From Neocallimastix sp. 'constans' (lineage: Eukaryota), in the NCBI GenBank assembly GCA_050613775.1, contig JBODTK010000012.1:868001-932000 (forward strand): DNA of 64,000 nucleotides, in the 5' to 3' direction. The translations under genes and the position numbers were made by a program. The notes beneath the pieces are model-generated. The model searched no databases. It saw nothing but the letters and a program-made list of their open reading frames with translations, and was not told the origin of the DNA. Of this stretch, positions 53,445-64,000 are shown piece by piece; positions within the stretch are counted from its first letter, which is position 1, and each line of letters starts with the position of its first letter.

Positions 53445-54860
53445 ATGACTAAGACCGAATTTGAAACTTTCTCTGAAACTCTTTTAAATCAATTAAAAAA
53501 TGAAAATAAGGATTGCCTTAAAACCATTGAAATTAATAACAAATTAATTGAACATTACTTAAATGGTCAAGATCTTGGCTATCTTAAGAAATTTGTTAAT
53601 GAATTCAATGAAACAGTAATTGAAGCTAGGGTAAACAAATACAAATTATTTGAAAAAGTATTAAATCACAAATTATTTTATAACGTGATTGCTGAATTTA
53701 GAAAAAGTGATGTTTTAATTAGAGCTTGTAAGAAAGTTAACAAGAAGGCAGTTGAATGGCTTCTTACTATGAATATTGATCCTAATGTTCAAGATGAAAA
53801 TGGAATGACGGCTTTAATGCACGCTGCTGAACACGTTAGTACTGATTTTGCTGTCAGTAAGTTACTTAATGAAAAGTCAGTTAATATGGTTGATAATAAT
53901 GGAAATAATGTTCTTTTCCATGCTACTAACGCTCCAGATATTTTAAAAAAGTTACTTAAATCAAGAGTAAATGTGAATTATTTAAATAATGATGGAGAAA
54001 ACGTTCTACTTTACAGTTGTAGAAATGACAAAATTAGAGCTTATGAAATCTTAATTAAGGAAAAGAATGCTGACCTTAATTGTGTAAACTGTGTTGGTAT
54101 GACTCCGGCAATGTATTTAGTTGAGAATGCTAGATACAGGGAAGTTGAATCATTAGTTAAGAAAGGAAAAGTTAATCCAAATTACGTTAACAAGTTTGGT
54201 AATAGTTTAGTATCAGTATACATTAAGAAGTATTATCAACAATATATTGGAAATATTGGTGAAACAAATTATGCTTCACAATATAATTATGTTGTTACTA
54301 AAAATTATGCGCTCACTTTCAGAGTTTTAATTGATTTAGGTTGTGATTTCAATAAACCAATTGATATGGATGGCAATACTCCTATTGTTGCCTTATTGAT
54401 GATGAAAGATTATGTATCCGCTAAATATCTTATTGATAACTGTAGTAATCTTAATCTTTCTATTAAAAATAAATATGGAGTTAGTGGTTCCTCCTTTAGA
54501 GGATTTATTGATGAAAAAGTATTTGATGCGATGAATTATAATAAAACTAGAAATAGTTCTTCTATTTCATGTAAAGCTTTAGTCAAAGCCATTAGTGAAC
54601 ACATAACTTATGAAAATGATACTAAATATGACCCAGAAATTGTTGATAATGGTGATGTTATTATACAAAAGACAATGGAAATGGTAAATTCTTATCCTAT
54701 TAAACCAGAAATTGCTAAGGTTGCAGAGCAATGGGTATTAGAAGTTTTATACCCTGATGCTGGTGCTACTGTTTCTCTTGTTGGTAATAGTTATATTAAG
54801 TTTGATCCAAATTCATTTGATTCTTTGTTGTATAAATACGTTTGTCGTGGTATGGTATAG
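53445..54860 (+). CDS. Intronless ankyrin-repeat protein (471 aa from ATG 53445)
   Basis: Ankyrin units QDENGMTALMHAA, DNNGNNVLFHA, NNDGENVLLYSC, NCVGMTPAMYLV, DMDGNTPIVALL. Confidence 0.92.
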   Translation: MTKTEFETFSETLLNQLKNENKDCLKTIEINNKLIEHYLNGQDLGYLKKFVNEFNETVIEARVNKYKLFEKVLNHKLFYNVIAEFRKSDVLIRACKKVNKKAVEWLLTMNIDPNVQDENGMTALMHAAEHVSTDFAVSKLLNEKSVNMVDNNGNNVLFHATNAPDILKKLLKSRVNVNYLNNDGENVLLYSCRNDKIRAYEILIKEKNADLNCVNCVGMTPAMYLVENARYREVESLVKKGKVNPNYVNKFGNSLVSVYIKKYYQQYIGNIGETNYASQYNYVVTKNYALTFRVLIDLGCDFNKPIDMDGNTPIVALLMMKDYVSAKYLIDNCSNLNLSIKNKYGVSGSSFRGFIDEKVFDAMNYNKTRNSSSISCKALVKAISEHITYENDTKYDPEIVDNGDVIIQKTMEMVNSYPIKPEIAKVAEQWVLEVLYPDAGATVSLVGNSYIKFDPNSFDSLLYKYVCRGMV

Positions 54861-54901
54861 GTACATACCTATCTTAATTCATCATTATCAAAATTCATTA
54901 A

Positions 54902-54949
54902 AAAAACCTATTTAATAATATATATATATATATTATTAAATAGGTTTTT
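54902..54949. repeat. Perfect 48-bp palindrome in the ankyrin gene 3' region
   Basis: AAAAACCTATTTAATAATA-TATATATATA-TATTATTAAATAGGTTTTT. Confidence 0.95.
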
Positions 54950-55317
54950 ATATTGTTTTATTTCGTCCTTATCTATTAATTATAAATATATAATGATAAA
55001 ATTAATAATAAATAAATAAATAAATAAATAAATAATAAGTAAAAATAAAAAAATAAAAAATTAGAAAATTAAAAATAAAAAATAAAAAAATAAAAAATAA
55101 AAAATAAAAAATAAAAAATAAAAAATAAAAAATAAAAACAAAAAATTTTTTTAAATTAACTGTTTTAATTGTTTTTAAATTTGTGTTAAATTTTATATAA
55201 AATGAATATTAATTTATTTGTTTTATATTTATATTTTATATTTATATTTATTTTATTTTTATTTTTATTTATTTTTATTTATTTATACTATTTTTTTTAA
55301 AAATAAAAAAAAAATCT

Positions 55318-55468
55318 AATATTTAGAATATATTATAAATAAGAAATTCTTCCCTCTTTCTAATTTCATTCTAATTTTATATTTTAAAACAAAATATTTA
55401 GAATATATTATTAATAAGAAATTCTTCCCTCTTTCTAATTTCATTCTAATTTTATATTTTAAAACAAA
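55318..55468 (+). repeat. About 75-bp tandem duplication
   Basis: AATATTTAGAATATATTA..AATAAGAAATTCTTCCCTCTTTCTAATTTCATTCTAATTTTATATTTTAAAACAAAA twice. Confidence 0.9.
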
Positions 55469-56262
55469 AAATAGAACAAACAACAAAATAAAAATAAAAT
55501 AAATAAATTATTATAAAATGTATGTTATAAATAATCAACAATGTAATATTTTAATATACGGAACTTTTAATAATAAATAAATAAAGTGTAATTTTATAAC
55601 AATAAAAGTAAAAATAAAACAAATAAAAAACAAACAAAAAATGTATATTTATAAATATATGAACATATAAATTTATTTATATATTTATATATATACATTT
55701 TGTATATATATATAATTATATATTATAATTTATCTATATTTTATATGTATAAATATTTTTATTATTTATCATAAGATATTCTATATTGTCATTTTTAATA
55801 TAAATTAATATAAATTAGAGTTTAATTATGGTTAAATTATTATGGAATAAAGTTTGTAAGATATTAAAATCTACTTCAGTTAAATTAAATAATAATATTT
55901 TTTTATTAATTGTTATTATTTTATATTACCTTATTTTATTTTGTATCACCATAAAAAATATAGCAATATATAGTAATATTAAAAAACAGAAGAAAAAGAA
56001 TTTTCCTTTTTTTTTTATTTTTTAAATTTTTTATATTTTTCAAAATAAATATATAAAAGTACCATTTTTCCATTTAAATTTTGAAAATTTGAAAAAATAA
56101 TATAATAAAAAAAAAACTAAATAAATACGTAATTAAATAAAATATTACAAAATAAATAAACAAATTGAAAAATAAATTAAATAAATAAATAAATAAAAAA
56201 AAAAAAAAAAAAAGAAATTATTTATATATAAATTTAATAATAAATACAAATAAAAAACAAAA

Positions 56263-57006
56263 ATGAAAATTTCTTATTTATTTTTAGGTTTAGTAGCTAA
56301 TTATGCTGCTTTTGTTTCAGCTGACGGTGCTGGAAATAAAATTGATACTACAATTCCACTTTATTCTAAATTAACATCAAGTTGTCTTGATGAAATTAAG
56401 GAAAGCAGTATTTATAATGAATGTCTTTTCAGTGTTGGTTTTCATGATATTGGAAATTTGAGAGATGATTGCAAAAAGGCTTTTTCTGATAAATGTAAGA
56501 CTTTTTTTGAAGATCCAATTTCAAGTCTTCCAAAATGTAAAAATGATACTGTAATGATGGAATATAATGAATATCTAAAAGATATAGCTTTAGATATTAA
56601 TACTTTTTATTGTTCAGTGAATGAGGAAAATAATACCTGTCCATCAGCATTATTTATAATTGAGAATCCAAATGATTACAGTGAAAGATTTATGGAAGAT
56701 TGTCCATTCAAAATTTGTTTAGATAAACAAATACAATATCTTGAAAATCAAAAGAAATATTCTAGTTTTAATAATAAGTATTTCATTAATGATTCTTCAT
56801 ATGACGAAACAGCAGACAAAAGATATTATGATTATATAATTAATAAGTTAAAGACACAAGAATGTACTTCCCAAATAAAGAATAATAGTACAACAAATAC
56901 AACTAAATTAATTACTGAGATTCCAGAGAATACTAGTGATGCAGCATCAATTAAAGTTTTCAGTTTTTTATTAAGTTTTTTATTAGTATATGTTTTTTTC
57001 TACTAA
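56263..57006 (+). CDS. Secreted Cys-rich, probably GPI-anchored surface protein; distant paralog D of copies A-C (247 aa)
   Basis: Signal peptide; SDKCKTFFEDPISSLPKC aligns with SDKCQNLYKDPIAALAKC; CP, C..K.C and QEC conserved; SDAAS plus hydrophobic tail. Confidence 0.88.
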   Translation: MKISYLFLGLVANYAAFVSADGAGNKIDTTIPLYSKLTSSCLDEIKESSIYNECLFSVGFHDIGNLRDDCKKAFSDKCKTFFEDPISSLPKCKNDTVMMEYNEYLKDIALDINTFYCSVNEENNTCPSALFIIENPNDYSERFMEDCPFKICLDKQIQYLENQKKYSSFNNKYFINDSSYDETADKRYYDYIINKLKTQECTSQIKNNSTTNTTKLITEIPENTSDAASIKVFSFLLSFLLVYVFFY

Positions 57007-57662
57007 GTTGAAATAATATTTTAAATATAAATATATTTGAAATTTGTTAGAAATAGTTAGTTAAAGATATATATAATAAATATGAATAATTTTTTTTTTA
57101 TTTCAAAAGAAATACTCTTGAATTTTTAGTATTAAAAAAAAAAAAAAAAAAAAAGTTATTGAATATGAATAATTTTTTTATTTTTTTTTTTTTATTCTTT
57201 TATTATAATTTACAAAAAATGTAAATTTTCAAAAATGTAATAAATAATTTAAAAAAAATATATATATAATATTAAATAATAAAAATAAAAATAAGAATAA
57301 AAATGTTTAATAATTAAAAGAATTTCGATTAAATAATAATTATATTATATTTTATAGTTTTTTTTTTTTTATAGTTTTTTTTAAAGTTGATTCCATTTAG
57401 TTTATTTTTTTATAATATAATTATAAAAAATTATTAAATATTTATAATATTTAATAATTAGTATTTTTATTAGTATTTTTATAATTTATTTAATAGTAAA
57501 TTAGTGAATAAAAAATAATTAAAAAATATGATAGATTTTTTATATTTATAAATGAGGTGAAAAACAGTACTTTTCCTTTTTTATTTTGTACTAATAATGG
57601 TGCAATCTAAAGACATTATTATTGTTATTATTTTGAGTTGAAAAAACCATCTTAAGTATTTT

Positions 57663-57699
<37 letters not shown>

Positions 57700-57713
<14 letters not shown>

Positions 57714-58920
57714 GGTAGGATAGGTATAAATGTCTTGAACTTAAGAAAGAAATTTAGGATCAAAATAAATTTGATATTTTTTAGTGAAGAATTGGGGGAA
57801 AATGGAGAACTTTTTGCTAAGGATTTATCTATTACATCGTCAACAGAAATCAGTAAAGCGATGATTAGAATGTCTCGAAAAAATTTTATTGTCTTCAAAA
57901 AGGTGAAACATTTAAAGTATAAGTATAAAGAAATTTAAGTATTATTAAACTGCATGTGATTTTCAATGAATTTGCTAAAATTATTGACTCGTATAATAGA
58001 CTATGTGAATCAATTCATAAAAATTGTTAACGAATTTAGGGAAAAAAAAAAAAAAAAAAAAAAAAAAATTATATTGGATAAAAATTGGAGGTTCGTTGGC
58101 TCTTAAAAATGAGAGTAAGAATCCATGGAAATGGGTAAAAAAGAATGCAAAAAAAAAAAAAACAATAATCAATCTTTTACGGTCTCTTATCCTATTAAAA
58201 ATAATAACAATGAATTATTATTATTATTATTATTTTTTTTTTTTTTTTTTTACAAATGAAAATTTAAAAGCTTTGCATTTTTATTATAAATTCCTAGTGT
58301 CAGATTCTTCAGGTCATAGTCTTTCTAAAGAATTCTGGAAAGATTTTGATACACCTAAGAATTTGGAAAATCCAAGGCCACAAGAATGGGAAATTAACCA
58401 AGATAAAAACAATGAAGAAATTTGTAAGGAGATCTCATCTACCCCTAACTTTAAAGATTATGGACCTGGAATTCCAGTGGAATTCTTCAAAGTTTTGATT
58501 CCTAGTAAAGATGATTCAGAAGAATCTAGTAAAAATAATAAGAATATGTCATCTGGTTTTAAATGTTTCAAAGCCATAATCAATTGTATTTGGAATGGTG
58601 ATTTTCCAAAATTATGAAATAACACATCGATAGTTTCTATTCATGAAAAGGGCGATACATCAGATTGTAATAACTAGATTGTAATAACTATCCCTATCCC
58701 TTAAAAACGAATGTTATTTTCTTCTCTGCTATAGCAATTGGACAAGTTTCAAATTATGCACCTCTACTTGGATCAAATAAAGAAAGAATGAGAAGAACTC
58801 AGACACTATTTAATTCAGGATTATATTGGATAGAAGAATTTTCTATTGGGAATAGCTTTACATCCCTTTATTGTGTTTCCAAAGAACTTAACATTCCTCC
58901 TCTATCATTTATAAGAATTA
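57700..58920 (+). mobile_element. Degenerate LINE copy related to 6840-8450
   Basis: Shared blocks ATTCTTCAGGTCATAGTC, CCTAACTTTAAA and AATTGTATTTGGAATGGTGA; reads CIWNGDFPK..IVSIHEKGDTSDCNN. Confidence 0.85.
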
Positions 58921-61900
58921 ATTATAATTATTCACTCTTAATAAATAATAATAAATTTTAGTTAGCTCTCAAACTCATTTCTTAATTTATTATTTATTTT
59001 TTTTTCAATTAATACTTTAATATTTCTCTTAACTCTGTTCTATTGGTCAGTATATCTTATTTAATACTTATTATTTGTACAATCTCACTTATTTAAATGT
59101 ATTAAATTAGTTATTTATCACTATAAATTATTTTTACTGTTATTTCTACATTATTTATAAGTATCGTATCAATTCATTTAATTTTAATACTAATATTCTT
59201 AATTTACAAAATTAGATTTTGTAAAATTGAATAAAAGAATAAATACTAAATAAAATGAAATTAAAAGAAAATTAAAATAAAGATGTTCTATTATAAACAC
59301 TTAAATTGTTTTATAAGAAACTTTGATTTAATTTTAAAATTAATAATTGTATTTATTAAATTATTATTTATATATAAATTATTAATGAAAATTGATTATT
59401 AAAACTAAAAAAATAATATAATAAAATATTTATTATTTATAATAATTTATTAAAAATTTTAATAAAGAATAATTTGATAATTAAAACTAATATGCTAATA
59501 TTTATTACTTATACTAATTTATCTAATATTTTAATAATAAAGAGTAATTTTCTTAAGAAATACTTACATATTTTTATATTTTTAATTGGTTTTAAACTAT
59601 TTACATTTATAAGCAATAAAATAAATAAAATAAAATTAATTGTTATAAACGTTTACAAATAAAGTATTAAAATAAATGAATTTTAATTATAATTTGTTTA
59701 TAAAAGTTACTTTTAAAAATAATTAAAATTGAAGTTAAGTTATAAAATAAATAAATATTAATTATTATAAAAAATTAAAAGTAATTTTACAACTATTTAA
59801 TTATAAGATTTTAGATTTTTGTTTGTTTATGATAAGTGTTAATAAGAGTTTATATTAAAATTGTTTATTAATTGTTTACGAGTTTATTATTTTGTTTGTT
59901 TAAATTATCTTTTAATATTTCTTTATTTATTGCTATTTTTCTTTTTTATTACAATTATCGTTCTCCCCTTATAAAAAAAAGAAAATTATCTTCCTTTTAT
60001 ATTACATAAATTTAGTTATTAATCATTATTTTGTTATTACATTAATATTAATATAATTTATTATTCTAATTATTATATTTTATTTATATACATTTATTAT
60101 CTTAATATTGTTATTTTTATTATCAACTATTCTATTATTGTTTGCTTTAACTATTCTATTATTTTAAATTAAAAATAAATTTATAATTTTATTCAGAAAC
60201 TTTTATCAATATATTTTATTTCTATATTCAATTATTATATTATTTCATTTATTATTTATAAATATTTACTATTATAAACTATTTATTTGAATTATACAGA
60301 AAGAAATGTTTTTGTATTTACCAGGATTTTATTTTGGAAGGGAAAGTCCAATGTAGGGAAAGGGAAAAATGGGACTAAAACTGTAGAGATATTAAAAAGA
60401 ATTATTATTATTGGATTTTATATAGTATTTAATAAAGCATATTTTGGAAGTTAAGAAATTAAAAAAGATATTAATAAAATATTTATTATAAAAACATTAA
60501 TTAGATATTAATTATAAAATATTAATTAAGGTATTTGTTCTAGAGTATTAATAAAAATATAAAATAAATTATTATAAAGGTTGATTATCCATTATTAATT
60601 TTATTAATAAAGATTTATTATAAAAATATAAAATATATTAATAGAAAATTTATTATAATAATATAATATTGACATCATTTATCACACACACTTTGAAATA
60701 CTCTTATAATTGGCTTAATCCAATATAGGGTTGGAAGTGCCAACTACATATTTCAAATTATTAAAAATTGTTAAAATTATTAATACTTAAAAAAAAATAA
60801 AAATGTTTTTAAAGAAAATAAAATATGTTCTATAATAAACTTTTTATTTATTTATTAATTATTTAATTTCTACATTAAAATAATAATAAATTTTAAATAT
60901 GATTATTAAATAAAATTAAATATAAATAATAAATACTAAAATAAAATTAACATATATTAATTATAACATTTAATAACCTGATTATTAAATAATATTATAT
61001 ATAAATACTAATTGTATAATTAATACTATTTATAAATAATAAAATTTAATAACTTGATTATTAAATAATGTTATACTAATAAAACTAATATTATGTATAA
61101 ATAATACAATTTAATAACAAAGAATAATTAAATATTGAAAATATAACATCTATTTATATTTTCAAAAGAATTAAACTATTTTACTTTTTAAGTTGGTATC
61201 GAGATATTTTTAAATTAAGTTTTAATTAATATAATTTTTTATTATAATTTTTCCTAAAAAGTAGAATTTTGATGAAGAGTTTAATTTAATTTTATTTTAA
61301 ATTTATGGATGGTTATTAATTTAATTATTTGGATTAGATTAAATTTATTAAATTTACTAATAATTGATTTATAATTTCATTATACTTCAGCATTGATACA
61401 GTATTTTATTTATGTATCTAAATTAATATTTATTCATGGGCAATGACAATAAGGAATGATGACAAAATAATATATTCTAATATTAAACAGAAATAACACA
61501 TAACACACTAAAAAAAAGTAATAAATATTTTCTTTATTTTCTTTATTTTCTTTATTTATTTTAAATTATAAATTATTACATCAATTATTATTATTGCTCT
61601 CCTATATAAATATTATAATTAATTATCTCAAATATATATAATCTCTCTCTTTAACTATATTAAACTAAAATATAAAAATAGCTATTTATGTGGATTAATT
61701 TATCATAAGTATAAACTTATAAATAAAAGAATCCTCCGTTTAATAGTAAAATTCTAAAATTATATATTATTATTATAGAATTATTACTGACCAATAATAT
61801 TTAAGTATTTCTTTAACCTAAAGAATCTACCTAAATACAATATTTATAGTGGTCACATATCAATATCTGAATATAATAATTATTAATTATTCTTAATAAT

Positions 61901-63464
61901 TCAATTTATATTAATCTCTTTTATTAACAATTTTACTCATAAATGAAGAAACTCAACTCTTATTCTTTAAATATAAGTAATTACTCAATTATTTACCTAT
62001 CTTTTTAAACTAATTTATAATCATTTAAACCTATTATTTTTATCTCTATTAGAATTCTTAATAAAAAACATAAAGAACTCTCTCTCTCTTTAATATTTAT
62101 TTCTTTATCTTAGTCTATGTTTTATCTTAAATATTATTGGCTGTCTAATTATTTTAATTTATTTATCTAATAATTTACAAAAACATAGATCTAAAATATT
62201 ATAATAATTTAATTCGATTATAAATTTTCTTTTTTCTTTTATCTTTAATAAACACTATTAAAGATAATTTTTTTTTTCTCTTTTTACTTTATTTTATTTA
62301 TTTTTACTTATTTTTATTTATTTTTATTTTTTTTTTATTTATTTATTTATTTATATATTTGATATTTGAAAATTTTGTAAAATTAATATAAAAAATAAAA
62401 TTATTATTATTTATTATTATTGTTTTATTTAATACTAATTTAAATTTTTTGTTACTTTTTTTTTTTTTTTTTTTTTTCTTCTTCTATATTCACATAAATT
62501 AACCCGTAATTTTACATAAACTAAAAATTAGAATAATACATATATTATCTCCATGTTCAATTAAAAAGTTTGCAAGGGTTGCATTTTCTATTGGAGATTC
62601 ACCGTGTTTATCCATTTTATTTATATTAAATAAAAAATAAAAATAATCTAAATAATAAATTGATAAGAATACTTCAAATAATGTCTAAAATAAAATAAAT
62701 GTTTTATAATAAAAAAAATAATAATTAATAAAAATTAAAAATATAAAAGAAAGTAAATAGTATTATTTAACATTTTTTATTAGTAAATAAATATAAATAA
62801 TTTATTCAAAATAAAAAAAAATTATCTTTAATTAACAAATATTGTAAAATGGATTCTTAAAGTTAAAAGGGCACTTTACAATGAAGTGATAATTATATTT
62901 TAATATTTAAAATTTTTTAATGGTGAAAAAGTAAAGATTTAATGTATTAGAAAATTTATATTTTTATATAAAATATACAATTTAATATAATATATATTTT
63001 AATATATTTTATTATATTTTTGTTATATTATTACGAATATATTAAATTAAATTATGAACTATATTAAAAAGAAAATAATACTAAAAAGAAAATAATTTAA
63101 AAAAAAAAATAATTTTTTGAGAAGGGGAATTTTTATAATGATAGGAAATAATTAGTCAAAAATAATGAAGCTTTATTAATAAATTAATCAGTGAACACTT
63201 TTCTTAAATTATATTATCTGAAATATAACTTCTTTATATATTATATAATTTAGTGAAATTATTTATAAAAATTGATTATTATTTTTTTTTAATATAGTTA
63301 ATTATAAAATAAATAATCAAAAAATATTTTCAAGATGTTATTATAATTAAAAAGTTGTTAAATACTTCTTTCTTACAAGTTACGACGAATACAACTTTAG
63401 AATAATATTTAAATATATAAAATATTAAATTAATATCAATTATTATTATTATAAATTACCAAAA

Positions 63465-63750
63465 TCAATTTTATTTAATTTATTTTATTATTTTTTTTTT
63501 TTTAAATAATTAAACTTAGAAAAAATAAAAAAAAAAGATTTATAATTTTATTTTTATTTTTTTTTTTTTTTTTTAAATAATTAAACTATAAAAAATAAAA
63601 ATAATAAAAAAACATCTCAAAACATAAAAAGAAAACATAAAAAAAAAAAAAAAAAAAAAGACTTAAAATTTTATTTTATTTTATTTAAATAATTAAACTA
63701 TAAAAAATAAAAATAATAAAAAACATCTCAAAACATAAAAAGAAAACATA
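63465..63750 (+). repeat. Tandem repeats TTTAAATAATTAAACT..AAACATCTCAAAACATAAAAAGAAAACATA
   Basis: Two near-identical units of about 80 bp plus one partial unit. Confidence 0.8.
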
Positions 63751-63767
63751 TATATTAATTATAGTTC

Positions 63768-63804
<37 letters not shown>

Positions 63805-64000
63805 GTATTTCAAGATAAAAATCATATATATAACCATAATTATTATTTATTTTAAAGTTTAAAAAAAAAAAAAGAAAATTAATTTATAAATTCTATTATA
63901 TATTATATTTTATTAGATTTACTTTATAAAAAATAAATAAGATAAAACTTTATTAAGATAAAACTTTATTAGTTTTATTATAATATTTTTTTTTTAAATA

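Noticed and set aside
58024..58617. 197-aa ORF as a host gene
   Set aside because: Chance open stretch of a decayed LINE with homopolymer-derived K/Y/F runs.

Overview
Extremely AT-rich eukaryotic DNA with long homopolymers and (AAT)n/(TA)n tracts. Short GT-AG introns, Cys-rich secreted proteins and a scaffoldin-like gene point to an anaerobic gut fungus (Neocallimastigomycota); this is an inference. Intact-looking host genes: a 7-TM protein (13.2-14.2 kb), four intronless Cys-rich GPI-type surface-protein paralogs (20.4, 23.0, 39.0, 56.3 kb), a 4-exon scaffoldin-like gene (32.2-35.7 kb) and an ankyrin-repeat gene (53.4-54.9 kb). The rest is mostly retroelement debris: a Ty1/copia element split by a solo LTR with a 5-bp TSD, further copia, Ty3/gypsy and LINE relics, and several pseudogenes. 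Most notable: (1) two different copia elements carry a primer-binding site complementary to the anticodon arm of tRNA-Lys(CUU), suggesting half-tRNA-Lys priming; (2) an inverted surface-protein gene pair is almost identical over the CDS only, suggesting gene conversion; (3) the 7-TM gene promoter and start codons have an inverted copy; (4) a perfect 48-bp palindrome follows the ankyrin gene.
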